A DNA stretch of 64,000 nt from Chthoniobacterales bacterium (GTDB lineage: Bacteria; Verrucomicrobiota; Verrucomicrobiia; Chthoniobacterales; Chthoniobacteraceae). The stretch's first letter is position 1. Every line of letters starts with the position of its first letter. The stretch is taken from NCBI GenBank assembly GCA_038207335.1, contig JBBQZX010000020.1:1-64000 (forward strand), written 5' to 3'. Below the pieces are notes generated by a model, which saw only the letters and a list, made by a program, of their open reading frames with translations, did no database searches and had not been told where the DNA came from. Positions 1 through 8,469 of the stretch are shown in pieces. Made by a program: the position numbers and the translations under genes.

Positions 1-1667
1 ATGGATGAATGCTAGCAAGGTTGGCACGGATTGCCGATTCCAGTTTCGCGGACTCGGCGAATTGCCCGTTTAGGTCGGCAACGAGTCGGGCCATCTTTTC
101 TTCAAACGGCTCGCCGTCGTCTTCGACATCCTCCGCGCCGACGTAGCGGCCGGGCGTGAGGACGAAGCCGTGCGTGGCGATCTCCTCAATGGTCGCCGAT
201 TTGCAGAAGCCGGGAATGTCGGCGTGATCGGCGCTGCGTTTCCAAGTGCGGAAGGTGCCGATGATCTTTTCCAAATCCTCGGCGGTGAAGGCGCGCAGGA
301 CGCGGTCGATCATGGTGCCGAGCTTGCGGGCGTCGATGAAGAGGGTCTGGCCGGAGCGGTCGCGAAACGAGTTGAGAGTTGAGAGGACGGGCAGATTTGC
401 TCTTGGTGAGGAACCAGATGCAGGCGGGGATCTGGGTATTGGTAAAGAGCTGGCCGGGGAGCGCGACCATGCACTCGACGAGGTCGGCTTCGATGAGGGC
501 GCGGCGGATTTCGCCCTCGCCGCCCGAGCCGCTGCTCATGGAGCCATTGGCGAGGAGGAGCGCCATGCTGCCGTGCGGGGCGAGGTGGTGGAGCATGTGC
601 TGGATCCAGGCGAAGTTGGCATTGCCCCGCGGCGGGGTGCCGTAGCGCCAGCGGGCGTCGCCCTCCAGCTTGGCGTCCCACCATTCGCTGATGTTGAAGG
701 GCGGATTCGCCATCACGTAGTCGGCGCGGAGGTCGGGGTGCTGATCGTTGGTGAAGCTGTTGGCGGGTTCCTTGCCGAAATTGAAGTCGATGCCGCGGAT
801 GGCCATGTTCATCGCAGCGAGGCGCCAGGTGGTGGGGTTGCTCTCCTGCCCATAGACGGAGAGGTTGCCGAGCTTGCCGCCGTGTTCTTCGATGAATTTT
901 TCGCTCTGGACGAAGAAGCCGCCCGAGCCCATGGCGGGATCGTAAACGCGTCCCTGGTAGGGCTCGAGCATCTCGACGATGAGCGAGACGATGGACTTCG
1001 GCGTGAAATATTGGCCGCCCTTTTTCCCCTCCGCGAGGGCGAACTGGCCGAGGACGTATTCGTAAACGTGGCCGAGGATGTCCTTCGCGTGCAGATCGGC
1101 GTGCTCAAAAGGGATGGTGGCGATGAGGTCGATGAGGCTGGAGAGATTCGCCGGGTCGATCTGGAGCTGGGTGTAGGTCTTGTTGAGGACGCCCTTGAGC
1201 TTTGGGTTCTCCCGCTCGACGGCATCGAGCGCGTCGTCGATGAGCTTGCCGGTGGAGGTGATCTTGTAGGTGGTCTTCTTGCCGTTGGTGATTTCGATCT
1301 CGGTGCCGGGCGGGAGCTTGGCGCTATCCTGCAGGGTCTTCCACCGGGCGAGCGCGGGCACCCAGAAGACGTTTTTCTCGAGGTAGTAGTCGCGCTCTTC
1401 CAGCTCGGCACGGATGGCTTCGAGGTATTCCGCATCGGACTTAAAATCCTTTGGATCGAGGAAGTAGTCGCTTTGCGGATCACGGAGCTGCTTCTCGATT
1501 TCCGCCTGCCGGACGGCGAACGAGTCGGAGACGTATTTGAGGAAGATCAGGCCGAGGACCGCATGCTTATAGACGGCCGCGTCGAGATTGGCGCGGAGGC
1601 GGTCGGCGGCGGACCAGAGCTTTTTGTCCAAGTCGCGGAGGAATTGCTGGGAGGTGCTGCTGGACAT
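1..1667 (-). pseudogene. hsdM: Type I restriction-modification methyltransferase subunit HsdM, frameshifted near the C-terminus; restored frame runs to the window edge
   Basis: N-terminal LWSAADRLR...VLGLIFLKYVSD, GGQYFTP, SAM motif DPAMGSGGF, N6-adenine motif [18 protein letters not shown]. After about position 370 the HsdM-like sequence ([16 protein letters not shown]...[11 protein letters not shown]...LTPGRYVG...EPFEEKM) continues in a different frame. ATG at 1667 preferred over GTG at 1676. Confidence 0.9.
369..385. repeat. 7-bp tandem repeat (GAGTTGA x2.4) at the hsdM frameshift
   Basis: gagttga gagttga gag read directly at 369-385. Confidence 0.85.
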
Positions 1668-1745
1668 GGCGGACACTGGAGAGACGGAGGGTTTCGCAGA
1701 GTGAAGATTTTGGCGAGAGCGTTTGCTCGGCGCGGGGGCGGGCGG

Positions 1746-4700
1746 CTACGGGGTGAAGCGCCAGCGGCCCCAGAGTTTGGGGACGAGCTCGGCTTCGCTG
1801 GGGACGTCTTCGGTGATGCCGGTGGCTTTGTTCGACCAATAGACGCGTTGCATGGTCCTGATGCCGTCGCCGCGCAGGATGCCGATGTCGCCGCTGATGC
1901 TTTGCCCGGGCCGCGGCGCGAGGCCGAGCGTGGCGAGCGGGATGGAGATTTCGTAAAATGCGGTGTCGGTTTTGCCGCGCGCATTTTTCGTGGAGGTGGT
2001 GGCGAGGGTGACTTGGGCGCTCACGTCTTCCACTCGGTCGAGCGTGATGGTGCGCCACGGCGAGCTGAAGGGGACGGGCTCTTTGGTGCCGGGCACGACG
2101 GCGCGGTAGAGGAGCGCGAGGGTGCGGCCGCTGACTTGCGTGATGAGCAGGCGCGCGTCGCCGACGACCGGTCTGGAGCGCGCGGGATCGGCTGCGGGGT
2201 CGGTGCCGATCATGATGTCCAGCGCGCCGCCGGTTTTGAAAAGGGCGTTGGGGACTTCGCCGGAATTCCGCAGCAGCGCGGCGTCGTCGGTGCGGAATGC
2301 GGCGTAGAGGCGGTCGCCGGAGACGGCGAGCGCGGCGGTGACGTCGTGCGGTTTGCTGTCGCTGTCGAACCACGCGGCGGCTCCGCTTTTATCCACATCG
2401 ACCCAATGCGCGCCGGCCCAGTCGTCGAGCTTCCCATCGACTTGCGGCGCGGTTTTCAGGAAGGGGATTTCGAGGGTCTCGGAGCCGCGGGACTTTTGCC
2501 GCGCGGCTTCGCTTTCGACGAATGCGGACTGCGCTTTCTGCAAGTCCTGCGGCGTGATTTTCAACATGGAATCCGGCAGGCGGCGCAGCGTGTCGAGTCC
2601 GTCGATGCGGACGAGGCTGGTGCGCGCGCCGTCGCAGAGGAAGACCGCGCCGTCGGCGGTCTGCGTGATGCTGGGCCAGAAGTTTTCGCCGTGGACGGTG
2701 AGTGCATTCAGCGACATGCCGCGCGGGGCGGAGGGCATGGCCCACGAGGTGCCGCGGCGCTCGTCGTGGAAAAGCGTGGCGACGAAAAGGCCGTCGGCGG
2801 TGAAGAGGTAGATGGTGCCCATGTTGCCATTGATGGCCCAGAGCGGGCCGGCGTCGCTGCCGCGCGGGGTGACGAAGCCGCCGAGGAGGCGCGTGGTGCC
2901 GATGAGCTGGCCGGGGCGGTCGGGCAGCGGGGCCTCGTGCGAGGCGTGCAGGCCGGGCCAGACGCTCGGGTAGGACCAGCGCGGCTCGCCGCGAAATGCG
3001 CCGCCCATCGACTGCGGCGCGAAGGGCTGCGGCGCGACGGTTTGCACGCTCCAGCCATCGGGCGCGATGAGCACCTGATCGCCGCCAGAGCTCGCGGGCG
3101 CTTGCGCTCCGGCCACCACGGTCTCGCCGGCGGCGAGGTCATAGACGGGCGCGCCGGCGGGCGTGAAGCGGGTCGGGGCGAAGCGGACGGCGCGATCATC
3201 GACGCGGGATTCGACGAGGGAGAGGTCGGGCATGACGGTCACGCCGCCGGTTTTTGCTTTGGAAATTTGCACCTCCGCGGGCTGCGCGTGGCCGTCGCCG
3301 TCGAGGTCGCTCCACGCGAAAATCGCGTCGCGGCGCGCGGCGTCATCCGTGCCGGCGGGCCACGCGGATTTGAACTCGGCGGTCTGCAAAATCTTCCAGT
3401 CCGCGGCGCGTCCGAGCGCGGCGACCGGCTTCGCGAGATGGTCTTTCATGAGCCACAGCGAGGCGACCGATGCGCCGCCGGTCGGGTTGCTGTCGTGGCA
3501 ATTGGTCATGTATTGGCGACCATCGAGATGGATCGGCGTCTCGGGCGCACCGGCGCGGGAGCCGGAGTTCAGGTCGTCCTGGCCCTCGCGGTAGAAGATC
3601 GCGGCGGGCGCATCGGTGCCGCTCTTCCAGTCGAGTTTGAACTCGATGCCGTCGTAGTAAAATCGCGTGGGATCGCGCGGATCGAGCGTGCCGCCGCCGC
3701 CGTATCGGCCGGGGCCGTACGAGGCGCGGACGAACTGGCCGTCGAGCGTCCAGACGCTCACGCGCTTCGGCTGGAAATCATTCTCGGTGACCCACAGATG
3801 CTCTTCCGAATCAACCGCGAGGCCGTGCGGATGATTCATGTGGAGCGGGTCGTAGAGGCCGGGCTTCGGCGCGCCGGGATGGCCGATGGCGCGGAGGAAT
3901 TTGCCCTCGGGCGAGAAGACTTTCACCTGCTGCGAGTCGCCCTGGTCGCTGATGAAAATGCGGCCCGTGCTGTCGAGGGTGATGCCGCGCGGGTCTTCGA
4001 GTCCGGTGGCAATGAGCGTCTCTCCGGCAGGGAGTTTCGCGGGCTGGGCCGCGTTCAAGTCGAAGCGGCGTAGCGTCTTTTGCGAAAGCACGAGGAGTCG
4101 GCCTTTTGCATCGAATGCGACACCGCGCGGTGCCTCGACCGGCGACTCGCCGAGCGCCTTGCCAGCGCGCGCATCGACGAAGAGCAGCGAGCCGAGACGC
4201 GGGAAACTCGCGACGAGCAGGCCGTCACGCGCGGCGATGCCCCCGAGCTGCCCGATCCAGTCGTCATCGCCCGCGGAGCCGCTCTGTGACTTGATCGGCG
4301 GAGTGAAGGGATATTTCAGCACGGCTTTGTCGCCGCCCGCGGTGAGCGCGGTGAGGCGGAGTTCGCCGTGCGTCTTGTCCTCGTTTTTCGCGCTGCTCGT
4401 CCATGTCGCGCCGACGTATGCGAAGACCTGTGGCACGGCGTTTTTTCCCGCATCGCGGGCGAGGTAAGGCGCGGCGGTCCAGTTGCCCCCGACCCATCCG
4501 CGACCGCCGACTTTTTTGCCATCGAGCCCGACCCACGCGAGGCCCGCGCCGCCTTCGCTCACGGCGCTGCCGAGATAGACGAGCGGCTTTCCGCCGGGCG
4601 CATTTTCCGCCGGGACGAAGAGCGCGGCCTGCGGCGGCGTGTGATTCGTGAGCCAGCCGCCGGTCTTGTCCGCGGTCTCCCACGCGGGACTGCCGGAGTT

Positions 4701-6134
4701 GTAAATCGAGAACTCGTATCGGAGATCGAGCGCCTTTCGCACGATTCCGCGGACGCGATATTCGCCCGGCTCCACGAACTGCGCGGGGATGTGGTAGATG
4801 CCGTGCGAGGCCGCATCTTTGTCGCGCAGCAGGTCGTCCGTGCCATCCCACGCAGCGACATTTTCACCGGCGGGAAAGAGCGTCTCTGAGACGAGATTTC
4901 GCACGCGGACACCGTTGGGCTTTTCGATGACGAGCGTGACGTATCCCGGCTCGGCGAGCGTGAACCGCACCGGAATAGGCGGCGGCGGGGCGACGGTGAC
5001 CGGCTGGGAAATGAGAGCTGTGGCTGCTTCCGCGCTGCCGAGAGACTGGATCGCCATGAGCTCGCCGAGCCAGACGCGCTTGCCGCCGGCGGTCTTGCCT
5101 TCGAGATGCCCGGTGGTGTTTTGCGCAGCGCGGGTGATTCGCAGGCGCACGGCGCGGGTCGTGATCGTGCGTCCGAAGTCGAGCCAGTTCACGCCGAGCG
5201 TGCGCGGGTATTGATGCTCGATTTTGTCGGAGGCCACGACGGCCTCCCAATCGCTCTCCGCCGCCTCGCGCGGGTGGCGTGAATCGGGGCCTTTGAAACT
5301 CTGCACGTCACATGCAGAGAAGCCCGCCCACACAGCGTTCAGCGCGCGCAGCGTGACGGCGCGCGGCCAGACGAGCGTGATCCATTCCGGTCGCTCGGCG
5401 GAGACGATTTGCTCGCCGCCGTTCTTGCCGTTGTCCCACGCTTTCCAGAGTTCGTTGTCGCTCGCGTCGTTCAGCAGCGCGGCGGAATCCTTGCGGCTGC
5501 TCGCGCTGGCGATCGCCTGCGGGGCGACATTCACGACGCGCTCCGCGAGCAGCAGCGCGCCGCCGAGCCAACCGGCGTAATCTTTGTCTGAGGCCGCCGC
5601 GATGTGCGTGAAGCGGAGGGCGCGGGACGTCGTGCCGGGCGGCAAAATCCAGAACGCGAATTCGCCGCGCGCATCGACCGGATCGCTGTCGATCTTCGCG
5701 CCGTCGATGCGCTGCGCGGGCTGCCACGCGGACTCGTCGGCGAGATCGCCCGGCGCGGAGGCGTTTGTCTTCAAAAAGCTGAGGGCGCCGCCGCCTTTCA
5801 CCATCACCGTGCCGACCGGGATCGCTGCGGTGAAGCCGATCCGCAGGTGACGCACTCCCGGCGTCTTCGATTCACCGAATGCCATTCCGCTGTGTCCCGG
5901 CTGCGTCGTTTTCGTCCAGACGACCCATTGCGGCGCACTTTCGCGTTTGCTCGGATCACCCGCAGCGATCGGCGTCTCCGCTCCATCCACCCATTGTGAA
6001 AAGTGCGCGGCATCGAGCGTCTGCGATTCGAGCATCGTAGGCGGCGCGGCGACTTCGGCGCACGCGATTTGCGCGGAGGCGGCGAGCAGCACGGAGGCGG
6101 CGACTTTCCAAAGAGGGAGGGGACGCGGGATCAT
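1746..6134 (-). CDS. Large secreted multidomain protein: N-terminal beta-sandwich (carbohydrate-binding-like) domains, FlgD Ig-like domain, NHL/beta-propeller repeats, C-terminal CBM9/DOMON-like domain
   Basis: Signal peptide from M56 of the ORF (MIPRPLPLWKVAASVLLAASAQIACA); FlgD-like YVTLVIEKPNGVRVRNLVSETLFPAGENVAAWDGTDD; NHL-like PRGITLDSTGRIFISDQG and PHGLAVDSEEHLWVTE; C-terminal APQVDGKLDDW...LYAAF...FYEISIPLATLG. Confidence 0.75.
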   Translation of the reverse strand: MIPRPLPLWKVAASVLLAASAQIACAEVAAPPTMLESQTLDAAHFSQWVDGAETPIAAGDPSKRESAPQWVVWTKTTQPGHSGMAFGESKTPGVRHLRIGFTAAIPVGTVMVKGGGALSFLKTNASAPGDLADESAWQPAQRIDGAKIDSDPVDARGEFAFWILPPGTTSRALRFTHIAAASDKDYAGWLGGALLLAERVVNVAPQAIASASSRKDSAALLNDASDNELWKAWDNGKNGGEQIVSAERPEWITLVWPRAVTLRALNAVWAGFSACDVQSFKGPDSRHPREAAESDWEAVVASDKIEHQYPRTLGVNWLDFGRTITTRAVRLRITRAAQNTTGHLEGKTAGGKRVWLGELMAIQSLGSAEAATALISQPVTVAPPPPIPVRFTLAEPGYVTLVIEKPNGVRVRNLVSETLFPAGENVAAWDGTDDLLRDKDAASHGIYHIPAQFVEPGEYRVRGIVRKALDLRYEFSIYNSGSPAWETADKTGGWLTNHTPPQAALFVPAENAPGGKPLVYLGSAVSEGGAGLAWVGLDGKKVGGRGWVGGNWTAAPYLARDAGKNAVPQVFAYVGATWTSSAKNEDKTHGELRLTALTAGGDKAVLKYPFTPPIKSQSGSAGDDDWIGQLGGIAARDGLLVASFPRLGSLLFVDARAGKALGESPVEAPRGVAFDAKGRLLVLSQKTLRRFDLNAAQPAKLPAGETLIATGLEDPRGITLDSTGRIFISDQGDSQQVKVFSPEGKFLRAIGHPGAPKPGLYDPLHMNHPHGLAVDSEEHLWVTENDFQPKRVSVWTLDGQFVRASYGPGRYGGGGTLDPRDPTRFYYDGIEFKLDWKSGTDAPAAIFYREGQDDLNSGSRAGAPETPIHLDGRQYMTNCHDSNPTGGASVASLWLMKDHLAKPVAALGRAADWKILQTAEFKSAWPAGTDDAARRDAIFAWSDLDGDGHAQPAEVQISKAKTGGVTVMPDLSLVESRVDDRAVRFAPTRFTPAGAPVYDLAAGETVVAGAQAPASSGGDQVLIAPDGWSVQTVAPQPFAPQSMGGAFRGEPRWSYPSVWPGLHASHEAPLPDRPGQLIGTTRLLGGFVTPRGSDAGPLWAINGNMGTIYLFTADGLFVATLFHDERRGTSWAMPSAPRGMSLNALTVHGENFWPSITQTADGAVFLCDGARTSLVRIDGLDTLRRLPDSMLKITPQDLQKAQSAFVESEAARQKSRGSETLEIPFLKTAPQVDGKLDDWAGAHWVDVDKSGAAAWFDSDSKPHDVTAALAVSGDRLYAAFRTDDAALLRNSGEVPNALFKTGGALDIMIGTDPAADPARSRPVVGDARLLITQVSGRTLALLYRAVVPGTKEPVPFSSPWRTITLDRVEDVSAQVTLATTSTKNARGKTDTAFYEISIPLATLGLAPRPGQSISGDIGILRGDGIRTMQRVYWSNKATGITEDVPSEAELVPKLWGRWRFTP

Positions 6135-6219
6135 GGGCGGACGATGCCCGGCGCAGCGCGACCGCGGCAAGGCGCGATCACGCACGCAGCCGAGCCAGCC
6201 GGAATAACCAGCCCGCGCG

Positions 6220-7158
6220 ATGGCTCCAAACCGCATGTCGCCATCGCCGAGCAAGCACCCGCGTCGCCCAATTTCGAACACGCTGCAACTCGCGCTCACC
6301 TTGCTTTGGAGCGTCCCCGTGTTCGCCGAAGAGATCGCGGTGCCGGGCGGAACGATCGATCTTCAATTCACTGGTGCGGCACCCGCTTCGCTGCGCGAGG
6401 TGGCGCTTCCTTGGATCTCGGGCGCGGCGCGAGCGGTGGCGAATTATTATGGCGCATTTCCTGTGCGGCGCGCTGTCTTGCGAATCACGCCGCGCGAAGG
6501 GAGTGAGCCGAAAGGTGGCCAGGCGTTCGGCTGGCGCGGGGCGCTCGTCACGATGAACCTCGGGCGCAGCGCGACGGCGGCGGACCTGTCGGACGACTGG
6601 CTGCTCGTGCATGAAATGTTTCATCTCGGATTTCCAAATCTCGCGGAGCGGCATCACTGGCTGGAGGAAGGGCTCTCGACTTATCTCGAGCCGATCGCCC
6701 GCGCCCGCGGCGGACAAATCACGCCGGCGCGAGCCTGGAGCGATCTTGTGGATGGACTGCCCCAAGGCGAGCCGGAGGCTGGCGATGAGGGGCTCGATGT
6801 GACGCACACCTGGGGTCGCACGTACTGGGGCGGCGCTCTTTTTTGTCTCCGTGCCGATGTGGAAATCCGGCGGCGCACCGGCAATCGCCGCGGACTGGAG
6901 CATGCTTTGCGCGCGATCCTGGCGGCGGGCGGGACGATCGAGAGCGAGTGGAGCATCGACCGCGTGATCGCGACCGGCGACGCGGCGACTGGCGTGCCGG
7001 CGCTGCGGGAACTTTACGACGCGGTGAAGGCCGCGCCCGCGCCGGTCGAACTGAAGGCGATGTGGCGGCAGCTCGGGATCGAGAAGCGCGGGCGCACCGT
7101 GCGCTTCGACGACACGGCGCCGCTGGCGGCGGTGCGGAAGGCGATCACGGGCGGGTGA
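6220..7158 (+). CDS. Secreted zinc metallopeptidase-like protein (gluzincin HEXXH...E, M1/M61-like)
   Basis: LVHEMFHLG plus downstream WLEEGLSTY; RTYWGGALF motif; exact start uncertain. Confidence 0.7.
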   Translation: MAPNRMSPSPSKHPRRPISNTLQLALTLLWSVPVFAEEIAVPGGTIDLQFTGAAPASLREVALPWISGAARAVANYYGAFPVRRAVLRITPREGSEPKGGQAFGWRGALVTMNLGRSATAADLSDDWLLVHEMFHLGFPNLAERHHWLEEGLSTYLEPIARARGGQITPARAWSDLVDGLPQGEPEAGDEGLDVTHTWGRTYWGGALFCLRADVEIRRRTGNRRGLEHALRAILAAGGTIESEWSIDRVIATGDAATGVPALRELYDAVKAAPAPVELKAMWRQLGIEKRGRTVRFDDTAPLAAVRKAITGG

Positions 7159-7169
7159 GGCTTCCCTCG

Positions 7170-8273
7170 TTATTGAACGAATCGAAACGCGGCGAGACGC
7201 GCCAGCGGCTGTGCGGATTTTTCGAAGCAGAGGGCTTTGAAAGTCGTCCCCATCAGCGCGGGGTGCATGAGCGTTTTGAAAGCACGCAGCTCGCGCGTTT
7301 GCTCGGGCGTGGGCGCGGCGTTGTCGGCGAAATGGAGGCCGCTGAGGCCGACCATGAAATGATGTTGATCGGCGAAGCCGTGAAGGCGGAGTCCGGCGTT
7401 TTCGAAGCGCTCGATGACGCTCGTGAACTCGACGTGCGCGGTGATGTCGATCTCGCCGGGCGTGGCGAGCACGTCGTCGATGCGGCGGTGATTTGCGTAT
7501 CCGGTGAGCGTGCCGGTGCGGCGCGCGGGATGGTAAAATTCATCGCGCGAAAAGCCGTAGTCGATCGCGAGGATGAAGCCGCGGTCGAGCTTCGCGGCGA
7601 CGTCGTCGGCCCACGCGAGCGCGGCGAGATTCACCTCGGTCATGTAACCAGCGGGAAATGGGCCGGTGAGCCGGGAGAGTTGTAAAATCAAGGCTTCGCA
7701 GGCGATGGGGCGGTCCGTGGAAACGAAGCGGTCGTCGAGGAAATCGACGTGCCGCTCAAGCCATTCGGAGCCGGCCCGAGTCACGAGATGGACGGGAAAT
7801 GCGTCGAGGAGTTCGTTTGAAAAATGGACGCCGGTGAAGGGCTCGATGTTGTCGAGCCAGCGGCACTTATCCCCAAACTCCGCAAGCGCCTCCTCCTGAG
7901 CCGCGCGCTGGATTGGCGAATTCTCGACGATCGAATATCGCGCTTCAGCGAAGCACTCCGGCGCGAGTGAGCGCAGCGAGGCGAGGCAGTCGCGCGCGAA
8001 GTCGCCGCGATGGGCGCCCTGCTCGACGATGTCGAAAGGCGCGGGGCGACCGAGGCGCTCCCACATTTCCGCAAACTGCCGCGCGAGCAGCGTGCCGAAC
8101 AGCGGGCCGACGCTGACATTCGTGAAGAAGTCACCCGCGCGACCGATCGCGGCGCGCCCGGAGGTGTAGTAGCCGTGCGCGGGATCGTAGAGCGCGGCCT
8201 GCATGAAATCGCGGAACAGGATGGGGCCGTTCGCGTCGATGTGAGCGCGGAGGATTGCGGCGAGGGCGCTCAT
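7170..8273 (-). CDS. SAM-dependent methyltransferase, MidA/NDUFAF7 family
   Basis: GPILFRDFMQAALYDPAHGYY, GDFFT, IVEQGAHRG, SNELLDAFPV, IDYG, PGEIDITAHVEF motifs. Confidence 0.88.
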   Translation of the reverse strand: MSALAAILRAHIDANGPILFRDFMQAALYDPAHGYYTSGRAAIGRAGDFFTNVSVGPLFGTLLARQFAEMWERLGRPAPFDIVEQGAHRGDFARDCLASLRSLAPECFAEARYSIVENSPIQRAAQEEALAEFGDKCRWLDNIEPFTGVHFSNELLDAFPVHLVTRAGSEWLERHVDFLDDRFVSTDRPIACEALILQLSRLTGPFPAGYMTEVNLAALAWADDVAAKLDRGFILAIDYGFSRDEFYHPARRTGTLTGYANHRRIDDVLATPGEIDITAHVEFTSVIERFENAGLRLHGFADQHHFMVGLSGLHFADNAAPTPEQTRELRAFKTLMHPALMGTTFKALCFEKSAQPLARLAAFRFVQ

Positions 8274-8290
8274 CGTCTCGGGAACAGCGG

Positions 8291-8380
8291 AAAACGCCGA
8301 ACGTCGAAGTTAAAAAAAGACGCGGCTCGCGCGGCGCGTCTTTGTCGTTCGACGTTCGACGTTCGACATTCAATGTTCGA
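8291..8380. repeat. Intergenic heptamer repeat element: (CGTTCGA)3 plus 2 degenerate copies, with reverse-complement-like units upstream
   Basis: cgttcga cgttcga cgttcga cattcaa tgttcga at 8346-8380; ccgaacg tcgaag near 8297-8309. Confidence 0.75.
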
Positions 8381-8469
8381 TGCTTGCCCCCTCTGTCCCC
8401 TCGCCCAATCTTTCATTGCGCCTCCCGCCTTTTCGTGTGACTTAACCCGCCGAATTTTCGGCCCCCGCC

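Noticed and set aside
246..4073. 1275-aa plus-strand ORF
   Set aside because: Exact antisense register of hsdM and the large secreted gene, which share frame phase; Arg/Gly/Ala-rich shadow ORF typical of high-GC DNA with no motifs
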